From the NCBI GenBank assembly GCA_965655095.1, contig OZ296652.1:85498001-85562000 (forward strand): a stretch of 64,000 nt of DNA, read 5' to 3'. A program made the position numbers and the translations under genes. The DNA comes from Haplodiscus bocki (lineage: Eukaryota). Positions 37,220 to 47,200 of the stretch are shown one piece after another (within the stretch, counting starts at the first letter, position 1; each line of letters starts with the position of its first letter). The notes beneath the pieces are model-generated. The model was given only the letters and a program-made list of their open reading frames with translations, made no database searches and had not been told where the DNA came from.

Positions 37220-38772
37220 TATGTAATAAGCAAGAAAAATTATTCATTCAGTAGGGTCGTTTTTCTTTTTTTTTCAGACCAAAATTGCCAACTCTTTTTA
37301 TTCAAAAATAAATGACAGCAGTAGGCTTAGGACAAGGTTATCAAGCAGTAGGTTCGGCGTTCGAGTCACTGCCCTGCCAAAAACTTTTACGATTTATCCC
37401 TAACATTTTTCGATACCCGAAATTAGTGAAAGACTAAGGGGTTCCCCTATGAAAATTTTCGGCACTGTGAGACAAAAAATTTTCGACGAAAAATCTTGAT
37501 ACTCTCCCCTCCCCTCTTATCCATAAACTTTTTGGCTACCGGAAATTTTCTGAAACACAACACAGAAGGGTTCCCCTACGAAGTTTTTCGGTACTGTGAG
37601 ACAACAAATTTTCTATAGAAAATCGTGATATTCCCCTCATAGGCATAAAATTTTTCGATACCAGAAATTAAAGAAACACTAAAGCGTTCCCCTACGAAAA
37701 CTTTCGGCACTGTGAGACAAAAAATTTTCGACGGAAAATCTTGAAACCCCCTCCCCCCCGCCCCCTCTCTTATCCCTAACATTTTTCGATAACAGAAATT
37801 TTCTGAAACACAGAAGAGCTCCTCGACGAAATTTTTCGGCACTGTGAGACGAAAATTTTTCAATGGAAAATCGTGATACCCTTTTGCATAAAGTACAGAA
37901 ATCAGTGGTGGAACTGATTTGTAAAAACTCTTTGAAAACTAATATCAAAACAGTAGTTTTGTTTTTAACCGTTTGCAAAAATTGATCAAAATATTCGTAG
38001 TTGGGTGTAAAATATGCCGGTGCTAGCCGGCCGTCTTGTTCATCTTTTAAACCAATATTCAATTGCTTGCAAAACTGCTTCAAAAAGTATCGGTGAAATT
38101 TCAAAAACAAGCACCAACAAATTGACGTGTATGACACCCTTGAATAATCTGAAAATTATCCGGAAAAAATACTGGACATTTCGATAACTTTCAGAAAAAA
38201 AAATTACGCTATTTGTAATACCGAAACATTACGTGGAACCCCGTTGCCTACACCAAAATATTTCAACTAGTGGCATTCACGAGACGCTGTGATGCACATT
38301 GATATGATCATTCAAAGGGGAGGCCCGCGCGTTAGGCAGACAAGCAATTAAACAAATCACTGGGACAAAAAGCAGAAAAAGAATGAAAACGAATGAATGC
38401 TTCAATTTAATGGGTCATTGAAAGTATTTGTAAATTCTCTCGGGTTACAGTAAATCGCTGTACTTGCATAGTTGCCCGGCTAACACACTTGAAACAGCTT
38501 CACTTCACAGCGTAGCTGACGTAACTATTACAATCAACCAACAGATGCCTGGAAAAAAGGTCAACGCATGTCCCTTTAATATCGAAATCCTTCGGTTCCG
38601 ATATTACAATAGTTTAATTGATAGAATATAGTGTTTTTTCACTATGCTTTGAATTTTAATGCGTATTTTTAGTCATTGTGTGGTTCGAATGGCGATTCTT
38701 TTCAACGTTTATTCCCTAAATTGGAAGGCAGAAAATATCCTTAAGCTAGCCATGCGTCTTCTTATTGATTAC

Positions 38773-39045
38773 CTCGTTATGGTCGACAAAAATGTAGCTT
38801 GTTTCGACATCTATAGCGGGCCCTAAAGCAGGCTCAACATCTGGTGCAGTCATGTCCTCGGCCTTTTCTCCAGTTCCTGGTTCTGGTTGACCATCATCAA
38901 TTACTTCATCCTCTGTTTCCACGTGAGCCTCGCCATCCGCAGGATCTTCTGTCTCAGCAGCAACGAATATGCCGAACGAAGCTGCGGAGAAGACTCCAGC
39001 TGTTAGTAACAAGGCAAGTAGGAAAACGACTCGTGAGGCTTTCAT
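38773..39045 (-). CDS. SSR1: Translocon-associated protein alpha, coding exon 1 (signal peptide plus acidic region)
   Basis: ATG at 39045. MKASRVVFLLALLLTAGVFS signal peptide, acidic segment, LGPAIDVETSYIFV. Donor GAG|GTAATC in phase 0 joins exon 2 in frame, giving 91+196 = 287 aa. Confidence 0.93.
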
Positions 39046-39169
39046 TTTGAAGGAAACGAATGAAGGTTTCAAAATCTGAAATCAAGCTGCAATTAAAACA
39101 TAAGCGACATGAATTTTGTGCTTGGTTTGAGAACGATGGATCAGCGCTTTAAAAAACTGCGAAGCAGCC

Positions 39170-39358
39170 TGTTGTGATCTCTAATACTCGAACGATAACC
39201 AGAGCTAGGTAATCTCGAAGGAAACAATTACTTGCAAAGATTCAACTCACCAAATGTATATATTTATATATATTACTGGCACGAACATGTCACTGAAAAC
39301 AAAACAACACTTTATATATGATCAACCGTATCAACTAATAATAGATATAGTCATCACA
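39170..39358 (-). repeat. 3' LTR of mini element
   Basis: Direct repeat of 40726-40914; preceded on the minus strand by the PPT. Confidence 0.97.
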
Positions 39359-39655
39359 CTCGCCCTCTTCCTTTTTCCTCGTACGCACGCTTCGTCGTAA
39401 TGGTTGGTCAGGCATGTTCGATTGGCATGAATGCGTCTTAGCCTCGAACGGCGAAGAAGGCAACGGTTGAATAGGCTCAGTCTGGCTGGTATTCGGAAGT
39501 TTCAAGGTTTCTGATTCATCGATTGTCGAAAGGCTACTAGGCCCCGGAACGTCAACAGCTCTCTTCGTGACATCCGGTACTGAAGAGTCAGCATCATCAG
39601 GTACCAGTACGTCCTTCCCAGACCCTGATCTTCCATCTGTACTCTCAGCAGCAGT

Positions 39656-40636
39656 TCATCTCGCGACATATTTCGTATTCACAGTATCCACGGTGTTCTT
39701 GTCCGTATATGCCACTACAGCATGGTGAGGTGACAATACTTTGACAACTCTAGCTGGCTGTACCAACGGATCGTCCTTAGAAGTCTTGTTGAAGTTCTTC
39801 ACGTATATCGGCTCGCCAGCTCTCATCCAGGCGGGCGTCAATGTAGGGCTCGAACGAGTAGTCATCTGTTCTTTCTGCAGATCGAGTGATGATCTCCTGC
39901 TGAATCCAAAGAATCGATTATGAGGTGACTCGAAGCCTATAGCGCGACTTCCTAATGAACGAATGTTCATCAATGCTGCGGGTAACCCTTCATCCCATAA
40001 TCCAATCGGCTTGCTAGACTGTTTTAGACGTAGCTTCACAGTTCTCCAAATGATACCATTGACACGCTCACATTGACCATTTCCGGCTGGGTTGTACGGG
40101 GTTGTTCGAGTCTTCCGGACGTTCCACCGTTCCAGAAAAGATCTGAAGTCGTGACTCTCGAATACACTTCCGCGGTCAGAGTGCACCGATTCAGGTGGAC
40201 CGAATAACATGAACAAATGGTTTAATGCTTTGATCGTATTAGCCGTAGTTGCCTCTTTCATAGCAAAGGCAAAAGGGAATCGTGAGAATTCGTCGACGAC
40301 CGTCAAGAAATAACAGTTTCCACCTTTCGATGGCTTCTTAGGACCGACAAAATCGATGGAAATCCGTTCCCAAGGAGTAGACGCCGTCACTAGATGATTT
40401 ACTGGTGGACGGTGAAATCGTGGCTTCAGCTCTAAACACACTTGGCACTTCTCAATGTGTTGTTTCACCTTTGACTGTAAACCTGGAATATCAGCAATTC
40501 GCTGGATGAACCCCACTGTTCGGGCAATCCCAGGATGAACCATCTTGTCATGAACTTGGGATAAAATATAGTCAATGTTTCCCGAAATAAATGGTTTCTC
40601 TAAGTCTGCCTCGGCATAGGCGCATACACGGCTCAT
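39656..40636 (-). CDS. Gypsy integrase (HHCC zinc finger plus DDE core), 326 aa from the first in-frame ATG
   Basis: HDKMVHPG...CQVC; PWERISIDFVGP; LTVVDEFSRF; HSDRGSVF; TTPYNPAGNGQCERVN. The catalytic D, D, E are intact. The frame stays open for 106 more codons after the TGA at 39658-39656. Confidence 0.9.
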   Translation of the reverse strand: MSRVCAYAEADLEKPFISGNIDYILSQVHDKMVHPGIARTVGFIQRIADIPGLQSKVKQHIEKCQVCLELKPRFHRPPVNHLVTASTPWERISIDFVGPKKPSKGGNCYFLTVVDEFSRFPFAFAMKEATTANTIKALNHLFMLFGPPESVHSDRGSVFESHDFRSFLERWNVRKTRTTPYNPAGNGQCERVNGIIWRTVKLRLKQSSKPIGLWDEGLPAALMNIRSLGSRAIGFESPHNRFFGFSRRSSLDLQKEQMTTRSSPTLTPAWMRAGEPIYVKNFNKTSKDDPLVQPARVVKVLSPHHAVVAYTDKNTVDTVNTKYVAR

Positions 40637-40701
40637 GGCATCAGCCACGGTATTCAACCTTCCTGCTCATCAGCCTAATTGTTGTGATAAACTTTTTAAA
40701 T

Positions 40702-40723
40702 AGTGACATGTTCGTGCCAGTAA
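40702..40723 (-). promoter_or_regulatory. Primer-binding site complementary to the element's own LTR (putative self-priming PBS)
   Basis: Minus-strand TTACTGGCACGAACATGTCACT begins 2 nt after the 5' LTR end and is the exact reverse complement of the minus-strand LTR sequence 40850-40829. Confidence 0.85.
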
Positions 40724-40725
40724 AC

Positions 40726-40914
40726 TGTTGTGATCTCTAATACTCGAACGATAACCAGAGCTAGGTAATCTCGAAGGAAACAATTACTTGCAAAGATTCA
40801 ACTCACCATATGTTTATATTTATATATATTACTGGCACGAACATGTCACTGAAAACAAAACAACACTTTATATATGATCAACCGTATCAACTAATAATAG
40901 ATATAGTCACCACA
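40726..40914 (-). repeat. 5' LTR of mini element
   Basis: Direct repeat of 39170-39358; followed on the minus strand by the PBS. Confidence 0.97.
40848..40874 (-). promoter_or_regulatory. LTR core promoter: TATATAAA plus TCAGT initiator (copy in 3' LTR at 39318-39292)
   Basis: Minus strand reads CATATATAAAGTGTTGTTTTGTTTTCAGTGAC; predicted +1 is the A at 40850. The TATA starts at -24, slightly closer than canonical spacing. Confidence 0.6.
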
Positions 40915-41899
40915 CAGCCCGCATGGGTCCGAAAGTCGAAATGGAAACTGATGAAATGTCGTGACGCGAAAATAGGCGCAACTAGCGTTGCCCATGGGCT
41001 TCAAGTAAAAAGGTGAAAAGTATTGAGTTATGGCAAATCATCAATGCAATGATAAAGTAGCAACTGCATAACGGAAAAGCTAGTAAAGTTGCAAAACCTA
41101 GCGAAAAACTTGGCGGAAATCCAATTTACTGACTACCGATAAAAAAGCATGTCTTGTGGGAGTCCACAATTTGTAGTGCGCTGATAGTTCAACAAATTTC
41201 TCTCGCGAAAAACGATCAGCAGAAAAGCACATCCATCTTTGATCCTTACCTCGTCGACTAACCGTATGAGAAGACTGCCAAAGGGAGTTAGGTTAAAAAA
41301 ACTCCAGAAATTCCTATTTCTATTCTAGTTCGACGAAAACTAAGTAAATTCAGAAAATTTTCGACGGCCGAAACTTTCCTCTGAATATTCTTCTAGGAAT
41401 CGCTTGCTCTCCATTGGTACTAGATTGTCGATTTAGCTGAGTAGCTGGAACAAAATGCTTAACGCTTAGTTCAAAATCGTCGGCAGAAAAACGTTTTTTG
41501 CAGACTTTTTCTGGTGGAAACATTAGAAAAAGACGCACACTTATCCGAGTACATTCTATCTAGGAGGTGACACAGGGTTCCACTTGGCGCTAAATGTACA
41601 ACAGTTACTTTTACCCAAGAAAACATCATGAAAGTAGGTATAGATTGGTTGTCGTAACTTCTCAAAAAAACAAGGCGAAAAAGTGAAAAAGCAGCTTGGT
41701 TGTTTGTGCTTTTGGCGTAGAAACTATGTTAAAGGTTCATTAGTTTCGGAGACAAGGCTGGTCGAACAAGAACTGTCACGAATTCAACAATTTTCAAAAA
41801 AAACGCCAATATAAGGGCATTCTTGTTTTCATTCGAAGACCTGAAAATTACCTTCCTGATATGTAAATAACGAAGAGATAGCATAGAATAGAAAATATC

Positions 41900-43760
41900 A
41901 GAAAGATAAAAAATCTCAAAACAATGACAAAATATTTACATACGGAAATGTTTCGAGAAACTATTTGAGAAAACTTTGGCGTGCCAGACGTTCTTTCCTC
42001 CTTGACATCCAGGATGACGATCTCGCAAGGATATTTGGTCATAGTCTGATCTCTGCTCGATGATTATTCTGAGCAGACGTGTCCCTTTATCTTTGATTTT
42101 GATAATCAATTGTCTGTCGAGTAACCAAATAAAAAATCTAATAGGCTTGTAATCAGAAATAACGCCCACTCGAAATGCCTGCATTTGAAGTTGGTCAAGC
42201 TTCTGCAATTTCGACTTTGCAAAACAACCCCATGAAGTAATTCCATTTGTCAAGTTCGACAAGACGGACTTTGGGTGCAAAATTCAATTCTGTCGCGTCA
42301 AACCAAAGACGATCAAAATCGAGTAACAGGAATAAAGTTGGAGAAGCTGCCGAAGTTGCCCTGGAAAATTGTTCATGGAATTTCAGTTGTTGATCAAAAT
42401 ATTTCCAAGCAATTCGAACTGTTCTTATCTCGGAATGTTTTGAATATACAGTTTTTGATTTTTTTTCTTGGTAAGCCAAAGAATAAATTCCTCGGACTTT
42501 TCTGCATTCAGAATCAAACCTCTATTTCGAACAAACCTTCAAAAAAATGAACTTTTATTTGAGCGTTATCAGTGGGTTGTCTTCAAATCGGACATATAAA
42601 ACCAGCGCACAGAACATTATTGTCGTCCGCTGAAGATGAAGAATCACCCTCAGTAATACAAAAGGAATCAAAAACTGCACCTGGCAGATTAAATTGTACC
42701 GGTGATTTTACTCCTTTTTGTACCGCTGCTTGATTTTTTAGTAGACGTTCCGATATGTCACTTTAGAAATCAACCCTCTGTGTACGATTTTATCGAAAAT
42801 CAAAATTAACATCGATGATAATAGAGTTAAGGGTAGGTTTCAAACGTTTCAAGGCTTCAATGATGTCCAAATGCATCAACCGATCAAATGCTATATATAA
42901 TTATAAAGCAAAATGCGTACATAATCATGCCCAAGGCTGTCCAATTTCACTAAAAAAGTCTGTATTGTTTTAGTGCGTTGGATGTTCAACCCACTTTTCT
43001 GAACCAAAAGTATTTTTTGAATAGTGGAAAAATTTAGCCTAATGACGCCTTTATTTGACAGTTTTGCAAATACCTTGGCAAGACTCGGCGTTACTGATAC
43101 ATGCCTGAAGTCACCAGCAGTTTTGATGAAGTTCTTCGTCGGTAAAGTAACAACTTTCTCCATTTTCATTGCTCTTGTAAACCGTCTGTTCTTCAAGAAG
43201 AAATTGAATGAATATGTCACAAGCTCAGCTGTTATGTGTGCGTTTCTTTTGAAAACTTAAAAAGGAGTCTCTTCAAGTCCAGTTGACGATCTCCTAATAG
43301 AATAAATAGTTTTGTAAACTCGGTAAACATTAAATGTTGGTTGTACCCAACCAGCCACAACAGATTGTGTTGGCCTTTGGGGATCAATTTTGGTGCAAAT
43401 TGTGGCAAAAAACCTGTTTAGGTCCCTTGCAGACACCTCGCAACTTACAAGGGTTTCTTCTTTACATTTGCAGTTGACAATATTCCACCACCCACGAGAA
43501 CCCCTTCCCTTTTCTGCTTCTTCTTACACAGAGCCTTCAATGCAGGAGTCATATAGCCCAGTTTATCCTTAAAAATCTTCGCTTTTCTAATGGGCCATGT
43601 TTCATTCAGAATATAGGAACGAAATCTTGCAGTTTCAGCCAAAATAGTCCACTTATGAAGTGCTGTTTTATACGGATAAATTCTCACATTCTGTCAAACT
43701 TTTCATCCAAGCATACCCCAAAGGCGGTGTATTTTGGATGACAAGCTCAGTACCGTTCTC
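41900..43760 (-). mobile_element. Decayed LINE RT fragment
   Basis: GDFRHVSVTPSLAKVF (42891-43220 ORF), SADDN (~42620-42635), GITSWG...KLDQLQMQAFR (41936-42280). Confidence 0.7.
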
Positions 43761-44249
43761 CGTCGCTAATTTTCTGTTTAGTAGTTCATTCGGTCTTGTA
43801 ACCAACGGAAACGGACGTGTAATTGAATGGAAAAATTAGTTCCAGTATTTGGTGCCTGTAAACGCAACTTCCAGCTGGTGTCAAATGAAAAACGACACCA
43901 TACCAGGTGGTTTGGCAAACAACATCGGTCAGTTTGGTGCACCCGAAAAAGTAACAAATGGCTATGGTCAGGTTCAACAATGCAGTTGAACACTGCCGGT
44001 TTTCTGTAGTGATAATTTGACAAAAAAGGTTGTGAAACGCCTCGTACGCACCAGGATGCTTTTGCCTCAAACGAACCTTATGCCGCCGTGCAAGACAAAA
44101 TGTACCTGACGAACTGTAAAGGTACTGGCGATGGTACTTTGGACCCAAATATTGCTTCAAACGAAAATTCACAAGAGACTCCTATCAGAGTCATTTCTGT
44201 GCAGTTTCTGATGTGCAGCAAAAACAATGAGTGGACCACCACAGAGCGT

Positions 44250-47200
44250 TGTATCCCAATAACTTTCTCTCAATGGAATGTTTCAAGCGGATGCTATGGA
44301 GCAGAACAGGCGGCGAGAAAGTGTGAAGATTTCTGGTGTGACTGAACAGTCTGCGAAAAATTTCTACCATAAAGTGGTTTTTGTTGCACCTGAATCAAGT
44401 ATTGCTATCGGGGAGGAAACTGTCAGCGTAACACAGACAACGGATTCGAAAACCGCGGTCGAGAACCGTTTTTGCAAAGCCTGTGAGACACGACACCAAA
44501 CAAATCACAAAAACCAACAAAAAGCGAAAACGAACCGACAAAAAATAAACATTGATGACGACATTACACCATTTAGAGGAAAGTTGCTCTTCTTTATTAG
44601 ACAAAGAAATGATGTGGCAATTGCTGTTTCTATGAAAAAAACATTTGTGAAAAAGACAGACGGATGTGCGAGGCATTTGATGATGAACTTAACCATTATG
44701 AAAGGGACATGTCATTATCCATTGGTTCGGTTACTCGCTTATTTGAAAATTACAACACCAAAGTGTAAACGATTCTATAACAGAATACATCTTCAAAAGA
44801 AGTTGATGAATGGTAATTCTGAGGAATTTGCACTTTGTTCTGATTGAAAATTCGTTCACTCTCTAAACGTTTTGATGAAATACAACAGGTAAAAGATCAA
44901 TAGCACTCAAAAAGAGGCATGATAGGTTTCCTCGAGACCTGACTCTTTCTGGTGATCGAACATTCGGACAGTTTATTCAGAATGACTTCAACCTAATTAC
45001 TTCTGGTTATTCAAAAAGAAAATGCTAATTGTAATAATCAAAGAATTTCTTTCGGGATAACTGAACACCCGTATCGCAAAATCAGTGAGTTGACTATTCA
45101 ATATTTTCACGAGCAAAACGTGTTCATGGGTGTCCTCGAAAATCAAAACGAAAATTTCTAACGCAATTCATCGAATACCTCGAACATTTGCAAAAAATGA
45201 ACTGTCAATACGTAATAGTTGGAGGAATGGAAAATTGACGTTCTAAAAAAACCAAAAAGAGGATTGATTTAACATGGTGTTTACACAAAACGAATGTACA
45301 CTGAGGCTAGATACGCTATGTTGTACAACCAATTTTTCAAAAGTCTGGTAGATAATGTAGTACAAAAAAAAGTTTTGTCAAACTTGGACGGTCAAAATGA
45401 GTTTGTCAACATCACAGATCATTGTCCTATACACGTTTTGTACCCTTTTTCATTATAGAGAGCCCCTAAGAAAACCAAAGAAACTTCTCGGTTTCCCTAA
45501 ATCTCCGCCCAAGGTACTAAAATTTTGGGAAAGCGTTGAACAGAAGAGACTATCTTTCTTCTCAAGTGATTGTGTTGACAACGACCTCAATCGACTATTA
45601 AGAATTCTCCAACAAACAATTGATGGACTTACAAAAAACTCCCAAGTGGAGTAAGAGCAAAAAAACTGTTCTTGGTTTGAGAAATTCATCAAAAATTTTC
45701 TCAGAGAGAGAAATAGTTTTCATCGTGAAGTAATCGCTTCTCCAAGAGGATTGGCTGTGAGAAAAAGAAAAGAAGTAATCCATACCATTAGATTGAAGGA
45801 GAGGCTGCATTTTTCTGAAATTTTCACAAGGCTTCTGAAAAGCTGACGTTTGTTTGAAAAACAATTATCAAAATTGTGTGGACGAAAACAAAAAACAGCT
45901 AGTTTGAAATTGCATTTTATTTCAAGCGCTCTACTTGAAAATGGAAAAGAATTAGCTAAAAAAAATTTGGAAACTTTGTTTTTCCATAGATGTTGAAGTA
46001 GGAAAGTCTTTTGAATCCCTGTTTCATTGAACATTTGCTGCGAGCTCGGTAAATAGTGAAAAAATTTTTGTCATGCATGATTACAATGTTGTAGAAAATT
46101 ATATTCTAATAACGAAGCCTGATAGTGGAGAACCAACTAGAAGCGCTGAAAATGCGATTAAGATAACGAAATTTTGCGGACTTATTCAGCACAATTTTTG
46201 TTGACGGCAATCGGTAATTCTTTTTCCAAAGGTGTTTTCCAACTTTGCTTTTGAATCGTGACAAAAACAACAATACCTATAACTGGATCGAAACAAATGG
46301 TTTAAAAAAGTAGGCCTATCTCTTTTTTTTCATCTTCCAGTGATAACTTTGAGAACTACGTTTAATCGTTTTCAAAGTTTCCTAAACAGATCAAAAAATT
46401 TAAATACCAGGCAGATCGGATTTCAACTTTATGTTTGGCCCACTTAAGCTCTTGTTGATTTGGTTGATGAGTTAGACTTTGTATGAGGTAAGGGGTGTTG
46501 TTGAATTTTTCTTGATTTTAAGGAGGCAGTTGATACAGTAGACCACGACCGACTATTGATGAAATAAGTACAATATGGCAGTAGAGGGTTTGCCCATGAG
46601 TGGCTCCGCTCTTGAGTCTACGTCCGGTGTCACAGTTTATAAAAGGGGGATACATTCTTTTGTTGTGCTGCTTTTATATGCGGCATTTCACATTTCACAA
46701 GCGTCATTGCTTGGTCTTTTCTTGTCTAATTTATATATTATTGATCTGCCAAATAATTGTTGATGAATCATACCCAAAATTTTCGCAAATGAAACTAACT
46801 TAATGTAAGAATCTAAAAAGTTTTTTTTTGCTTTTTGAACGAAGAATTTACTGGCAAAATCTCGTGGTTTGCTAAAGAGAAGTTGCTTTTAAACTCTTCC
46901 GAGACAAAATTAGTCACAATGAAATCGTGTAAGAAAATGGTGTTCAAGACAAAAAAATACTCCCGGAATCCAAAAAAGGTCCCAGATTTAGGTTTCAATA
47001 TTGTCAGAGGTATGAAATTTGGTTTTGCTATCAACGAAAATGTCAACAAAGTTTGGTCACATTTGTGTACACTGTCCACAATGCGTCAATAAGCAACACT
47101 ACTTTTTTTGTTGACTATCTATAGAACATACATAGAACTCGTTATATCTACGGGTTTTAATTCTATAAAAACTGTATACTGTGTACTTTAAAGCGTCAAC

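Larger units (their letters stand above)
33925..38039 (+). mobile_element. Helentron-associated non-autonomous element (HINE/DINE-1-like), copy 1, split by a LINE (pieces 33925-33940 and ~37220-38039)
   Basis: Joining tatttttcgccgcata to tgtaataagcaagaaaaatt... reconstructs the start of the copy at 53638. Four ~115-130-bp internal units (ggcactgtgagac...). 3' hairpin gccgg-tgctag-ccggc followed by cgtcttgt. Confidence 0.75.
39170..40914 (-). mobile_element. Young integrase-only Ty3/Gypsy LTR element (1745 bp)
   Basis: 189-bp LTRs at 39170-39358 and 40726-40914 with TG...CA ends and 3 differences. Perfect 5-bp TSD CAGCC (39165-39169 and 40915-40919). PPT GAGGAAAAAGGAAGAGGGCGAG abuts the 3' LTR on the minus strand. 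Internal ORF encodes only an RNase H tail plus integrase. Confidence 0.96.

Noticed and set aside
37400-37880. Regularly spaced repeats resembling a CRISPR array (also 53830-54280)
   Set aside because: The whole 110-130-bp units are homologous, there are no unique spacers or cas genes, and the context is eukaryotic; these are internal repeats of the HINE.
37576-38137. ORFs of 95 and 152 aa
   Set aside because: Translations of the non-coding HINE repeats.
40707-40719. Conventional tRNA PBS starting TGGCACGAAC
   Set aside because: TGG begins 6 nt from the LTR end and I recognise no matching tRNA 3' end; the 22-nt match to the LTR explains the sequence better. Not excluded without a tRNA scan.
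40985-41000. RFX X-box-like gttgcccatggg
   Set aside because: The second half-site is poor, so it is compatible with chance.
43780-44250. Minus-strand ORFs 43786-44172 and 43778-44023 as a gene
   Set aside because: They lie between decayed LINEs, show no recognisable domain, and are probably another TE fragment.
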